Source of the DNA: Ophelia neglecta
Lineage: Eukaryota
NCBI GenBank assembly: GCA_965285935.1
Contig: OZ260662.1
Location: forward strand, 87,606,001 to 87,670,000
Length of the DNA stretch: 64,000 nt
Direction: 5' to 3'
Made by a program: the position numbers and the translations under genes. Position 1 is the first letter of the stretch. Every line of letters starts with the position of its first letter. Below are positions 28,301 through 42,406 of the stretch, one piece after another. Under the pieces are notes generated by a model, which had not been told where the DNA came from, made no database searches, and saw only the letters and a list, made by a program, of their open reading frames with translations.

Positions 28301-31300
28301 TGGTAAAAGTCACCAACTATGCAGCCTAAATCTACATCCGGGAACTAATTGTGGTAGAGGGACAAGGCCGGATCCGTGGCCTTTGAGTAAAAATGACAAG
28401 CAGGCTAAGCCTGTGGTATTGACAAAGCCATCAAGCAAGAAAAGGATAATATATCCGATTTCCTAACGGAAGAAAAACAATCTAAAACATTCCATAGCGG
28501 CAGATATAGGTGGTTATTAGAAAAAATACCGGGACATGCAGTAACAGCCAAACTCATCGGTATTAAGATAATCTTTTCTTAAAGATTTTGCCTCTGATTC
28601 GTTCAAAAAAACATATAACGTGAGCGTGGCGTTGATAATAAATTGCCTGTCAAGTTATCTGGTGTAATATTGTGTTATTTGATAGATAGTTTTGTCATTC
28701 TGCCAACAGTCCACGCGTCAATGCTAAACTCATTTCGCCACAACATTTTAGACCTTTTTTGAAAAAATCATACTACTATAGTTAATGTATAGGTTTCGGT
28801 ACAAGTAGGCCAATATACTGTCCCTTTATTAAGGCGTCATACAACCCTACTTTATTAAAAAACAGTAAATTTCATCAATCGCTCAGAGATTAATATATAT
28901 AGAAAGCATATACCGGTACTCAGCTGTCATATAAAAATTGTAATTTGGAGAAAAATAAACTAATAAAGATGGCTACTTATCGTTTTAGAGAGTTATAAAG
29001 GTAGAATTTCTTCACTAGTTTTACGACAGCAGTGAACATAGAATATGTATGTGTGGGTGGGGTGGGGTGGGTGGTCTATAAAGCCTAAAAATATGTCTTT
29101 CTGTCTTTTCCTGACATTTAATTATACAAGAATTGATGGCACACCTACCGGACCAAAGGGTATGCTGTGGTGCGCTCGGAAGGCGGTGGAATTCGTCTCT
29201 ATCAATGAAACACGGGCGATCACTGTGGAACTCCACAGGCAAATCTAAGACAAACTTCAGCAAAGTTTCTTATGCCAAATGATTAGAAAACATCCCAGTG
29301 AATATAGCGAATCCAGCTATAGAAGTGCAGTGATGCTGAAGGCATGGACACACGAAGCTTGCTGAGGGTTGAGATTTGATATAGGACTCGACCTGGAGCA
29401 TATCACATGGAGAGAATAATACACTGCCAACCAACGAACAGCAGCGCTATCGATTACACGCTGGAAAGCGCGCCTTGGAGTTTTTAGAAATTAACGTGGA
29501 AAATATTAGAAAGAAAGCAAAGCGTGTAAAAAGTAATACAGGCCACTTGAAACAAGAAATCTACATTGTGAATAGAAAAATGCGTGTCCGGTGTCGGAGA
29601 GACTGTTTTCTCTTCACACTTAAGCACTTACAGACGATTTTCCGTTTCTTTTTCCCCATTGATTCATTTCGTTTGAGTGTGTACACATAGTATTGTCTCA
29701 CCTGAGTAAATCCGAATATCTATTAACCAATCTTTACATTGTGTCATATTTCCCCGGCTCGTGGTTCAACTCAAACGTTCTGTGATTGCTAATTGTATAA
29801 TAGAAAGGTGTGGTTTATGTGGTTGGTCACCATAGTAACAAGGGAGTCGCCCGTGGTCGCTAGAACTGCACAATGCTGATGATTGGTAATGGTAAAGCCT
29901 TTAGGAATGATTGAGAGAAGAAGACCTAATTTAATACCGATTGCATTGCCATTGCCGGACAATGTGCGCTTGATTTTTTGAAAGCCACGGCGATGATGTG
30001 CTGAGATCTTGGCTGAGATGGCCTATAATGCTCCCATGTAATCTGCCAGACGCAGATCTGCAAATGAGAGCCTCGATCTTACACTAACTGTTACACAGGG
30101 TGCCAGGGTGCCGCTAGAACTGTCGTTAAAGAGCAGTTAGCACTTCTCTTTGTTGGAAAAACGTCCGAGTTGCCAGGGTCTCCCTCGTCTGCTAAGACGT
30201 TTGTCACGATTTATCGGTCAAATAGTCGACGCAAACTGGCACTGAATTTCCGCAACAGGCTTATTGGGCTCGTCTATCGTCCGACCTCTCCGACTCATTG
30301 GGCGGAAAGAGGGAGGTCGTTGTTAAACCATGAAAGTTGTAGGTACTGTGTAATGGCGAATTGCCGCTTGCATGTGAGACATCGGTTAAACCTGTTGAAC
30401 TAATCAATTCACAATGTGTACGTGTAACGCCTGTAGAATTAAATGTGTACATAGTAGGAGTGTAGAATTAATATACATGTATTGCCGTTTCTGGTTAATA
30501 TAAATGTAGATCTCCTTCGCTTGATTAAGAGTTCTTCTCATTTAAGCCCTGCGGCACATAACATACAAATATAGTAAATTTCTTTCCTCTCAGAAAGTCC
30601 AAATTGTTACGTCTGAGCTTGCAAAATATTTAGAACTGATGTTTGATATAATTCAGTACCATATCGAAACAAATTGACTGAAAAGAACTGCTTCCCTCTG
30701 CTTCATTTGTACAAACCTATAATTTAACGGAATAATTTGTCTTGAACATATAAGCTCAATTTGTTATATGCTATGCGGGCAGAGTATACCATAACACTAC
30801 ACCGCATGAATAACAACAAGCCGCTGAAAACTATCCACTTTCATTTTGGATTGCTATACTTTTTGTTACCAAGCGGACTTGGTGGCATTGGACTCGATAA
30901 AACTGCCAGATACTCCCTCAAATCCCGATTTACTTGATGGCACTCTTATTTGTTCCGTCCAGATAATATAAACTTATCTACATCGTATGACAACCAAAGA
31001 TTCAAGCAGCAGATAAATAACTGCTGGTTAAGCCAGGAAAATCTACAACTGGCAAGATGGTTACACAAAATAAAACCGTACAGATACTACACGTCGCTCT
31101 TAAATATTTATCGGTTATATAATTTGTACCTGCTGCAGTATGATGCTTGAAGATCTTCAATCAGAACATACAATTTCTATAAAATGAGGGTGATCCACTG
31201 GTGCGATTGCCCCATTGCATTCAGTTTCCATTAGGGAAATTATCATCCGTCAAAAAATTCTTAAATCCATGAACTCACGTTGGAAAATCAGTCCCGAGCG

Positions 31301-33920
31301 GTCTGACACAGGCTGACAGCAAACGAGACGGAATGAAGAATGCCTCCTTACTAGCCAACACAGAGATAGCAAAGAGATATAGTTCTTTCCATTTCTAAGA
31401 AATAAATCCTCGAAACAACCTGCAGCATATATGTGGAATAAGTATAATATATGATATTATGTCGAAGTAAGTATGATAAGTTTGCAAACATGTATACATA
31501 GTTTAGGCGTGAGAAGGTATTCTTTATTTCTATAGCGACAGGTAGAACACATCTTAAGAATTTAGGCATATCATAAGATATGGAATCATTGTGAATTGCC
31601 TGTTAAAACCTGGAAAAATATAGAATAACTGCTTTGTTATACAACATAATAGGGAAAAAAATCAGGAAAAGGTTTAAACAGTGTTGTGACAGAATAAAAC
31701 TAATATATGTATATAATCAATATATATATTCATATATAAATGTGTATATCGATATGTATATATATATATACGTTAGGGCCGTGGAAGAGATCTGGCAGGT
31801 CCAAATACAAATGTATGTATATGTAGCTCCCTGTATAATTTGTAAGACGTTGTAGAGGCAAACCCTTCTGATGCAGATTACTCCACCAATGTGTGTACGT
31901 GCATGAGAATAAGAAGGAAGAGAAATGATCGATGGAATAGCCAGTTCTTAAAGTGCTCATACAGTTTTGCTCCCCAGGAAGTTGAATGGCGTAAAAGATA
32001 AACTGTCCCAAATGCCAGGGGCATTTTTATCCTGGTCCGAACGGGTCCGTTTATGGCCTCAATTTTTTCCCCACAGACCCCTGGCCTGCCCTCCTCCTAA
32101 TGGTATAGTTAAATTGCTCTTAAGGTAATGTCAGAGGAGTGAATTGCAACTACCAATGTGTGCAGGGTACCTACCATTGAGCCTACAAAATGTCTCTTGT
32201 CTTCAATTGTAACATTTCTTGAGAAGCGAGATAATGGTAATATATCGGATTCGAGGGACTCATCATGGCCCTTGTGTACGATCACTTAGAAATGACATCA
32301 CAGAGTTATTTTTTACGTATCATGGAGCTGATATGTTCTCCTAGCTTGGCTAACAGCTGCCGAGAAAGCTGCCATCTCGTTGGAGAAGAATTCCTCTGCA
32401 TGCTGCTGTGTTCAGTGGCTCAGGACGCAGCCGGCAATGCTTACCATTGTCTCCTAGTTTGACAGCTTTTCATCAATTTTAACGTTTGGGGATATAGTTC
32501 CCATCTTTGAAAGCGGCCACCATTAAGAGAATGGTAGATTGTATTTAATTTAATTCTCTAAATTTAAAGGTCATGTGTTTTTCCTCAGGAATTACAGTGT
32601 GTTTGTGTATACAAAATGTAGGTTGGTGACCTTCCTCGGGTTCTCTTGTATGCATTTTTAGGGTTTCAGGGGATGTTGTTCATTTATTTATCTTGTTTGC
32701 TCTTTTAGTTTTACTGCTGAGTGAAGAAGAGAATTGTCTACGTGGCTTATTACAAATAAATTCGCCAGAAACACATGTCTCTCGAGAATGGTAACTATCC
32801 TAGCACATAGAACACCAACCTGTCTACCAATCTGAACCTGAACAAATATTGTTTTTAAATAAATTGGTCTCGGCCCTTCCTGCTTTCTATCTACACTTGG
32901 CTAAATATCAACCCCTTCCCTCTGGGGATAATACCAGAGTGGTAACGAATGGTAACGTATAAAGTCGAAGTAGGAAAAGTGTTAGAGCGAAGAAAACCGC
33001 CTTATATGCGAGTCAGTGACAAAAATATTTGTAATTGTCTCATTCCTGCATTAGGTAAGGTTTCTTATAATCTGTTATATTCTAACGTTACGATACTGAA
33101 TGTTGCTTAACATGTGCATAGAAAGCGGTGACTGAACATTCCTGCCAGGGTTTCAATGTAACATGTACGTCAAGCATTTAAATACTTAAGTTCCCTGACT
33201 CCTTCAGCCATTCATGGCACACACTGAACACCTTGTGACCTATTAGTTAATAATTTGTCTTAGTTAAACAGACCAAGTGCCAAGGTCCGATGTGTTGGTT
33301 GTCAAAATGTCAAAACGACCACTTAATATCCCTTTGACTCAGCTAGTGTTCTCTAGTTTGTCAAGAATGAATTGCCGACTAAGATAACTAGTAATAGGCC
33401 TAGTCTTGTTGACTACTTGCAAAAAGTGACCAATCTAATGATCGATAGTTTGCCATTTTGATTCACCGATCACAGATTCCCAGTGTTATGGACAAATCGC
33501 CAGCCGGTGCCATGTATGTGTTGCCCTGAGGAGCCAATCGATATGCTATAACAGAAAATATCCGATTTACATGCAGCCCAACGATAACATACATAATCAC
33601 ACATACTTAGTGGGAACATGGGCTCCGACATTCGACTTTTGACAGTATGGGAAGCACAATTGGATAAGTGACGGTGTAGATTTCTGATTTCTGAAGAAAA
33701 AACACCCCGTTGACTATATTTCGTGAATTAAGTTTGCGTGGGCCGAAGTAAGTAAAAAATGTCGTTTTTTTAACACACGCAAAAGTTTGAAAGTAATCTT
33801 CTACCCACCCACCCCTCCTGTTATCAAATGGTGTGCCCCTCGTAGATTTATAAACAGTTGTGAAATAGGGCCTATGCTAATAAATAATTCACTTTTACGC
33901 AAATTTCTGTTTCATATATA

Positions 33921-34096
33921 CAGTGAAACCTGCCTTAAAGACCACCTCTATATTAAGACCACCTGTCCATTCAGGCCGACAAATATAGACCATACTACAC
34001 GCTTCAAATGTAAAATAACCTGTCTACACCGACCACCTCCATAATCAGACCAGTATTTTCCAGTCCCTGGTAGGTCTCAATTCACAGGTTCCACTT
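33921..34096. mobile_element. Tc1/mariner(pogo)-type MITE, copy 1
   Basis: TA|cagtgaaacctg ... caggttccactt|TA termini, with internal agaccacct repeats. Second copy at 35297-35474. Confidence 0.85.
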
Positions 34097-34612
34097 TATA
34101 TATATATATATATATCGCACCATAGTCTTGATGTTTTCTTTGAGTATCTTATGAACAACATGAGCAGGCCAGAGCCGAGCAGACGACCAGCTCATCGGAG
34201 TTGCAGCAACGATGTCATGCATGCTTCCAAATGCTCCATGTATTAGATTAAATATATTGACATTAGTTAAGAAGACTATTTTTCCTTTCTACGGTAGTTA
34301 TCATGGCAACTTGCACATTATCGCAGATGTTATAAATGATTTATACTGTTTATCTTATCTAATTGTCTCAAAGTGGCAAACAAAGCGCGCTTAGAAAAGA
34401 CTACTGCCACATTAGTGAAAAGAACAGGCGCCAGATGGCGACTCGATTACACACTATTAGGGATTGTCAATTTCACAGCCGCTCTTCTTCCCCGCATGCT
34501 TCATAGACACACACCTGGTGTTTGCTCTCTAAATCATTTCAAATTACCTCCAAAAGTTGTTTGATCATAACTGTGTAGGCGCGGCCTACTTTCTCTTATT
34601 TTCTTTCCGGCT

Positions 34613-34815
34613 CAGTGGCGTATCCAGGATTTCAGGAAGGGGGGGGGGGGGCCAAATTTTCCAAAGTTGACAAGGCCAATGTCTGGTTTGTCCCCGGTAC
34701 CAACCCTCTGAAACCACCTTGCGTAGGTCCGGAAATAGGCCCTGGTCTGGGCCCACTTTTTGGCAAAAAAGGGGGGGGGGCGGGCCCCCTGCCCCCCCCC
34801 CCAAATCCGCCACTG
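34613..34815. mobile_element. hAT-like MITE with 5-bp target-site duplication
   Basis: TIRs cagtggcgtat / atccgccactg, flanked on both sides by CGGCT (34608-34612 and 34816-34820), with G/C homopolymer subtermini. Confidence 0.85.
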
Positions 34816-35296
34816 CGGCTACTTTGATTCTTGGCATACCGAGGGTCAAGAGGTTTAGATATGAATTATTACTAGACCATAGTATAATTAGTTAAAAGGG
34901 GCTCAACTATTACCGCAAATAGGCTAGCTGAATCTTATAGCTTGCTAACATCGTGCGGAAAGAAAACCATACGGCGCAAGTCCAACCACAACTGACTCTC
35001 TGTATTGGTAATATCGCATATAAAAATGGCAGATTCAAAGTAAGTAGCAAGCTAGTATAGGCTGATCCCCCATGCCATCCCCACCCGACCCTAACCCCTC
35101 AATTCCAGTTTCTTTCGGGAAAAAATGCCACACATGAAAAAAGAGAAATCGGCTTAATTTTGAAATTTATTGTGCATTTTCCTATATTATTGGATAAAAT
35201 TAATGTGCATACAATTTGCTTTTGATAAAAGTACTGTTATTTCAACAAATGGAGATCAAATCACAGTGTACATTCCTCGTGGTTTCTGATTTTTAA

Positions 35297-35474
35297 CAAT
35301 GAAACCTGCCTTAAAGACCACCTCTATAATCAGACCACCTGCTGATTCAGACCACTAGTATGAAGACCATTCTGCACACTTTCAATATAAATGATCCTGT
35401 CTTAACAGACCACCTCCAAATTCATACCAGCATTTTCCAGTCCCTTTGGTGGTCTTAATTCACAGGTTTCACTG
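35297..35474. mobile_element. Tc1/mariner(pogo)-type MITE, copy 2
   Basis: caatgaaacctgccttaaagaccacctctata ... cacaggtttcactg|TA; collinear with 33921-34096. Confidence 0.85.
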
Positions 35475-37483
35475 TATATAAATGGAACCCATGCCTGCGG
35501 CAAAGGTGGTAAGTGCATTGTTGGAAGGCGCCCGCGAAACAAAAATTGGCAAGTGCCGCTATGCCAGCGACCGGAAGGGGATGCATACATGTATTCATCC
35601 CTACTGACTAGTTTCATTATCAGACTAGTTGTTGATTAGCTTGATCACCTGGACAATACATATGGGCTTGACTACCTTGAGGAGATTAGCTAGCAGACAT
35701 GCGCTGTAAAGTGTCGTGTTTGCGCTTTTAAATTGAGTTAAAGGAACCATGAGCGCGATGTATGATATAGAAAATGTGGGCCAGTTGACAGTTATGAACA
35801 TGCCGGATTGTAACCCTTGATGCCTTAACATCACCATGGGGTCGTTTTGCAGTAAAAATAGATGAAGTTGAAGGATTTACACTTGCTTCAAATGTAAATA
35901 AATATATTTGTTGTTGTTTATTGCATTAATAAAGGTCATATATATACGTCCTAAATTGTTACCATTTGTGCAATCACGCACTTTGATAAATTTTTGCTTT
36001 TTTTTATACAGTTTATAAAAAATCGAAAACCGATGTACTTGGAAGTTTTATATATGCATGTTGGAATGCATTATGTGAGCTAGTATGACTTTAATGTTAC
36101 GGCTTCGGCTTGTTGACAATGACAGGAATTTCGACCTAGGAAAGGGATGGTGTAAAGATGTTTTTATTTGGATAATCTTTCTCTAATTATTGTGGAGGCT
36201 GTCGGGAACTTTGTCGTGATAATGTCGTCCGATAATGATGGAGGCTTTAAAGCCATTTGGAAAAGAGGTTCTCTGCTAGCAGTTCCAATAGCCTTCAACG
36301 GTATAGCAATTAGGGAACGAGACTACACCACTGAGAATTCCGAGAAAGCCTATTTAGTCTACTTAGTCTACTTGACTCTTTTATTGTAAAATCACAATAA
36401 GTAGGAGATGATCACCGTCTGGGTGAAGGATGTCTGGCAGTAGTATTGTAAATATAAGCATGATTCCACCTTCTGGCAACCCCTGATCATGAACGGAAAA
36501 AAAGCATTACGATGAATGTCTCCATGGCATTATATAATTAAATCAAGTAGACAAGTGTCAGAGACTTCCGTGCATATCTTACCACCACGAAGCAGTATAA
36601 AAAAGTGCGCATTGGTCGTGTGTGGTTACTGGGATTAAAATAGATGGTTACAAACTCGTACAATTGTCACATTGATAAAAAAAGTGATGACGAGTTTGAT
36701 GTTTTAAATGTTATTGTAGTTATCCGTGGATAGAGGGATGATGGCCCATGGCTTATTCCTATTAAGATATACGATATATTTCTATGAGCCCATTATGTAA
36801 AAAGACTTGCATACTAAAAAGTGAATTTGTAACGATAAGGCCTGAAGAACTGTGTTCGAAATGCCGCAGCAGTTTACACTGGCATAGCTAAGAGGCTAGA
36901 TAATCACATTCATTTCGAATTTTATCGTTTATGAACCTTCATTTTTTTCCCAAGTTTGGCAAGCATGCACTTTGTTTATTAATTTCGACCGAAACAAACT
37001 TTTTTCTTCGCTAGAAATTGGGAAAGAATTTTTTCTCCAGCTGTAGCTGACAATATGTTTCTACTTTCTAAACCTTCTCAGGGATTTTTAGTCCGTTCAC
37101 ACCAGTAAGACCGACACGATTTAACTCGGCTTTATGATTCTCGACAGTTAACACTTAATTCACAAGTTGTGTTTTTCATCGTCCCGAAGTAAGTAGGCCT
37201 ATAAAATGTAAAGTTAAACTGCTCCTTAGAACCCTTTAAAAGCCTGACACACAGCCGGGGCCTTATATAACGAATAAGACTTACTTTTTACCCGTTTGCT
37301 CCAAGGCGTTCACTGATAATAACGACACGCAAGAAGATCATTATTACTTCTATCTTAGAGTAGAATGAGTCATTCCCAATCCTACATAATACATTATGCA
37401 GTTCCAGTGTAACCAAGGGACCGACCAATTACAGAGATGGCCTCTCACAGGAACTTTTTCCTGTAACAAAAAACAGCTAACTA

Positions 37484-37501
37484 TAATAAAAATAATAATA
37501 A

Positions 37502-37532
<31 letters not shown>
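37484..37532. repeat. (AAT)n microsatellite, probably the 3' tail of the adjacent L2 element
   Basis: Interrupted AAT run immediately downstream (minus-strand sense) of the L2 C-terminal remnant. Confidence 0.85.
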
Positions 37533-37639
37533 TCGATATTCTGGGACCGAATGACCTTAACGATCGATCACCGTCTCTAGACAGCCTTGTTTTCGGTAAA
37601 ATGAGTGGTATGGTTGACTAAGACCTCAGAGCTCGAGTA

Positions 37640-38740
37640 TGTTCGTATCTCTGCAGCAGTTAGGAGCTGTCCACAAGGACATTGCCATCAGAGCCTTATA
37701 CACGTTCAACGAAATCTAGAAAACAATTTGGTGTTATACTGGAAGCCAGTGCAGGTCTCATAGGACCCAAGTAATCTGGTCAAGTGTTTTGGTATCTGTG
37801 ATCTGTGACCAATCGAGCAGGGAAAGTTTGCACTTTCTGCAAACGCATGAGCACAGCAGCGGAGACACCACCCAGGAGAGAATTGCAATAGTCAATGCAG
37901 GATGTCAAAACAAAAATCCATTGACCAACTTCTTTCTAGCATCAGTTGTCAGACATTTCCTGATACGTCCAATATTACCGACGTTACATCAGCTGATATT
38001 TCAATGACTTGTCAATCATGACCCTTAGGTTCTTCATATGCTTGCCGTGGACAGCCACTGAGATGCCATAAAAACCGTTGAATTTGAAAGCATTTGGTAT
38101 ATGCCCAGCCCAGAACATGTACCTCTGTTTTATCAGTGTTTAATTTGAGAAAGTTTAATTTTATCCAGTTCCAAACCTCTCAAAGGCATTCCTCAACTCG
38201 GCAGACACGGCAAAGAATATATGCCGAATATAACTGAGTGACATCAACGTATATTTTAAGTCCAAACCCATTTTGTTTGATGAGAGGAGAAAGTTTATGA
38301 GAAATAATAGTGGACTAAGGACCGATCCTTGTGGAACACAACAAAGATGCAAAACCTGGACGAGGGACAGTACTTGTCCTATACTGCGTAAGACGTGACA
38401 GGTATAACTGGAACCAGCCGATAGCTAAGTCCTTAAAACCAACCATCGACTCCATGCGTTAAAGGAGAACGTCACGGAAGATTGTGTCAAAGGCTACACT
38501 CTGATCTAGCAAAACAACGATGACTATTCCACGGTCATCTACAGTGGACGGAATATCGTTACGAACACGCAGTGCGGTGTCTATCTTATGACAAGGCTTA
38601 TATGTGAACTTAGGCATTTTATGGAGGCCATGGTCACACATATGTTCAAAGGGCCGCATAGAGACCGAAATAGGCATATAAACATTTAAGCGCAAATAAA
38701 TGGTGGTGAAAGCAGCAATATACAATTTAGAAACAAAATA
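37640..38740 (-). mobile_element. Decayed L2-clade LINE, RT and C-terminal region
   Basis: Frameshifted motifs: DTALRVRNDI...VLLDQSVAFDTI, VPQGSVLSPLLF, NIGRIRKCLTTDARKKLV, IDYCNSLLGG...RLQKVQTFPARLVT, DLHWLPV, VYKAL. These are classic L2 signatures. Confidence 0.88.
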
Positions 38741-41700
38741 TGCAAGTCATCCATGAATCTGGCTCAAATTTCGTATTTAGTCTAAATCTCTTTTTATTGA
38801 AAGCATGTTTGGTGGAGCAAATTTTATTACATTCGTGCTAATAAATCCGTAATACACACCCATTCATGTACGTAGAGCTCTATTCGTTATTTGTACATTA
38901 ATAGAAAAAAACAACATGGAAACTCCTTTCACCTAGATCATAAATTTGTCCAATATGGCTCCCATCTGTACCAGCTACTGCGCAAAGGCTCATGAACTGA
39001 CTTCTCTTATTGTAAACGATTTCATCATTAAGTCGAATAGGTTCTCATCCTAGATACACCTGCCGTTTATATTACCACTAGCTTACTAGTTTATTAACTT
39101 ATCTCTGATGTGCACAAGGTATTTCCAGAAATCTGCTTATGTTGTTATGTTCCTACATGTGTCTTTCTCATTAATTGTACAGTTGAGGCTGGCGAGCATG
39201 ACGTCCTTTTGTGTAGATCGGTTTGTGGTGCTTCCATTTCCTTAACTGTTTTTAGCACTTCATATATACATGCGTGCTTGATGTACATCCACCTCATGTC
39301 GCCCTTCATCCCATCACCTCACCTCATCCATTGCATGCTGTTTAACCTAATGTTCTGTATGTTGATATGTTGGAAATTACCGATTTTAAGCCATAGGCTT
39401 TTGTAAGATCCAACATAGAAAAAATAAATATGTTTAAACCAAACCAAATGTAAGAACCTTGTTTGCTTGAGGCTCGTAAAGAAAAAGTTATCATTTTACA
39501 TGTTTTTTCAAATGTAGGAACCATGCCGCTCAGAAGAACTTATAAATATTCACACCTGTCTTTCGCAATCCTACATTTCCAAAACAACATCATCCCCTGT
39601 CACAAATTGTAAACGATTCATTAGCATACTCGATAAATTTACTATTAACACTTACTCCAGGCAATCGATATAGCTTTCTGCCTTTTTTGACCAATTACAG
39701 GTCAGAATGGCCAATTTTATTATTGCCCTGAGAGCTCTGCACCCTTCTGGCGTGTTAAATGTCGCGCCAATAAAGCATGTATTATAATACGCGGGCACGC
39801 CAAAAAATGCAGACTCTTCTTTAGACATGCAACCATTTAACCGGAAATGGGTTATGTATATGCTGATCGAATGGAATATATTTGGTTGCTAACATCACTG
39901 ATAACGTGAATAATTTTGCACAATAACTATGCCTAAAGACTAGACATTAGTGAAAATGCAACTTTTACTTGTATGAGGATCCTTTAGGTATGAATAACCG
40001 TTGGCCGATACTCAGTTCGCTTTACATATTCCTGTTTACTACATATATATGTATACATATGGGATGAAGGCATAAGTTAGAAGTTGTTATTTCAATTCCA
40101 AACGTTGTTTATTTTGGCTAAAGATATCTATCTATCTAACAATATTATGTCGAATTTTGACAGTTGTGATTTTTGCAAAATAACACCCCCGCTTATAAAG
40201 GTTAAGCTTATAAGCAAATGTTAGTTTTTTCCGCCTTTCGCGTGATCTCATGTCTTAGTTGTAAATAAAATTTATATTTAATAGAGCTATTTTTTTAGCT
40301 ACAAAAAGATGGTTTTCCATAAAATAAATTTCTTGTTATTTTAAAAGCTGTCATGAATATACAAAGGTCATAAATTACGGAACCTTATCACAGCGAAGAT
40401 TAAAGATAATTAGGGCTAAAGCTTTACTGCTTTTGCGGCGAGGTTTAAAGCTATGCAGACGACTTTTAGTGTGCTTGCTGAAACTTGTCTGAGCTATGGA
40501 CCATTCAATCGATACCGGTCGTCCTTCACCTTCCATGCCGGAACTCGTGCCATGGTTGCCGGGTAAACAACATCATTGCTCACAACGGCTGAATTATTCT
40601 GTTTTAAATTGCCATAGAAGAAAGGATAGTTTCAAAGATACTATTATAATGATCAGGTAGCTATGTCGGGTCAATGGCTACTGTCTGCAACCAGATATTA
40701 CACATAGGCTAGTTAGTCGCGAAGATGGTAATGGTAAGTGTTAGTTTAGACTACATAGGCCTGTGTTTTGCCCTTACAATAATGCGCCCATAGGAAGGGT
40801 TATGCAGTTTATCGACATTAATGGGTATTGATTTTTCAGTACCGGGTTTAAGTATCTCGATATGACCATTATTTCGATTGACCAAAGGTTACATGATTAG
40901 CCCAAAAGATTGAAACGAATTCCAACCATTTTAATTTGCAAAATTGAGCCTAACAAAATAAGGAAATTGAATATATTACCATTCCATAATATTTATAACA
41001 TGTGCAAATCTATAAGATACTATTCTATGGGAAGGAACTACAATTTTGTTGAAGTTATGTTTATGTTTGTTCTAGGTGTGAATAAAAAGAATTGCACTAG
41101 TCTTTATAGATACTTTGTGCGAAAAAGCATGAACACCCCCTTTAATACCATGTTGTAGGCCGACCTGCCTTAAGATATTCGCAATGGTAGGCTCTGTTGA
41201 CCATACAAATCAATTAAATACAAATGCAAACATCCCATGCTTGTTAACGCGCAGCAATATGTAAATATTGCAAAGATTAAGGCTCGAAGATCAATAAAAT
41301 CAATTTCACGTGAATAAAACTACTAGACAAAATTTCAGGATGAAATGTGTAAATATTTACCTTTCATCCACTGTCGCGATTAAGATTTTGCATGTGATTG
41401 GTTTGTATATGGTCTAAAAAAGAAATGAGTCACCCAGGCAGCCGACATGATAGACCAGTAGGGGGGGCCAGAGCGAAAATGTTTCCTGAGATGCTCTATC
41501 GGAAGTACCGACGAGTCATTACAGACTCGTGGTCATTATGTTTAAAAAGTGTGAATAGTGAACTGCTGGACACGGCATTTGACATGAAACAAGTGACGAG
41601 GGTTAACGCGTGTTAAGAGGTTTAGTAGGCCTCAGTTGGGGTCAAACTTTGGAGGCACGTTTCTTGTTTCCCTCACAATATCTGATTAGTGACCAATGAT

Positions 41701-42406
41701 CACTGGTGAATTCCAATTTGGGACAGCCATCAACAAGACAAATTCAGTTTGTAACCCGCAAGCCTAGACCTTGTGTGTGACTAGGGCAATTGGCGATCTA
41801 ATTAGACAGCAATTTGTCATTATTCATAAAATGGCCTTTGCCATTTAACCACTTAAATTACCAAATTTTGCAAACTAATCAGACATACAAACAGAAATGT
41901 TGTACATAAAAGTTGTCCCCGGTTTTTAATTTGTGTACATTACAAATATTTACCAACAATAATTATGTTTGAAAATTCAGACTAAATAAACGCCAAATTT
42001 AAATTTTTAAATTTCTCAAATTGCCCGTCCACCAATATGAAATATGGCCAGACTATTTCTTCGTATTGTTAACGTAATGTTATCATAAAGCCAATTCGTG
42101 TATTACGGTTCGTTTTGTATTTAAATATTCTGTCGGTATATTGACAAACTCCGAGCTAAACCATCTTAAGGTGATATTTCTACTCTGACATATGCTAAGA
42201 ACCTAAATGTTATATGTAATTCATAATAAAAAATACAGAATTGGTATACGATGCATGGCGACAGTAATAATGGATGATGGCTTAAATTTATTGCAGAATT
42301 CAGCTACTATCCTGAAAAGTCTACAACGAACATATGCAAATCCTATGCCTAGGCTTATTTGCAATTAGTGTGTACCAATTGATTCGTCGCATCATCGCCA
42401 CCTAAG

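Noticed and set aside
29120-29470. Coding-looking stretch (ORFs 29021-29263 and 29045-29248)
   Set aside because: All frames examined hit stops, with no recognisable motif and no consistent splice pair.
31950-32010. SINE body-like motif (gctccccaggaagttgaatggc)
   Set aside because: Too short, and no tRNA-derived A/B boxes are recognisable upstream.
32398-32440. Possible pre-miRNA hairpin
   Set aside because: The stem is only ~16 bp with bulges, does not extend into the flanks, and matches no conserved miRNA I recognise.
635-41616. Dozens of 60-110 aa ORFs in the ORF track
   Set aside because: Low-complexity or random composition, many with non-ATG starts. Apart from LINE remnants, none shows a protein motif or a splice-consistent chain.
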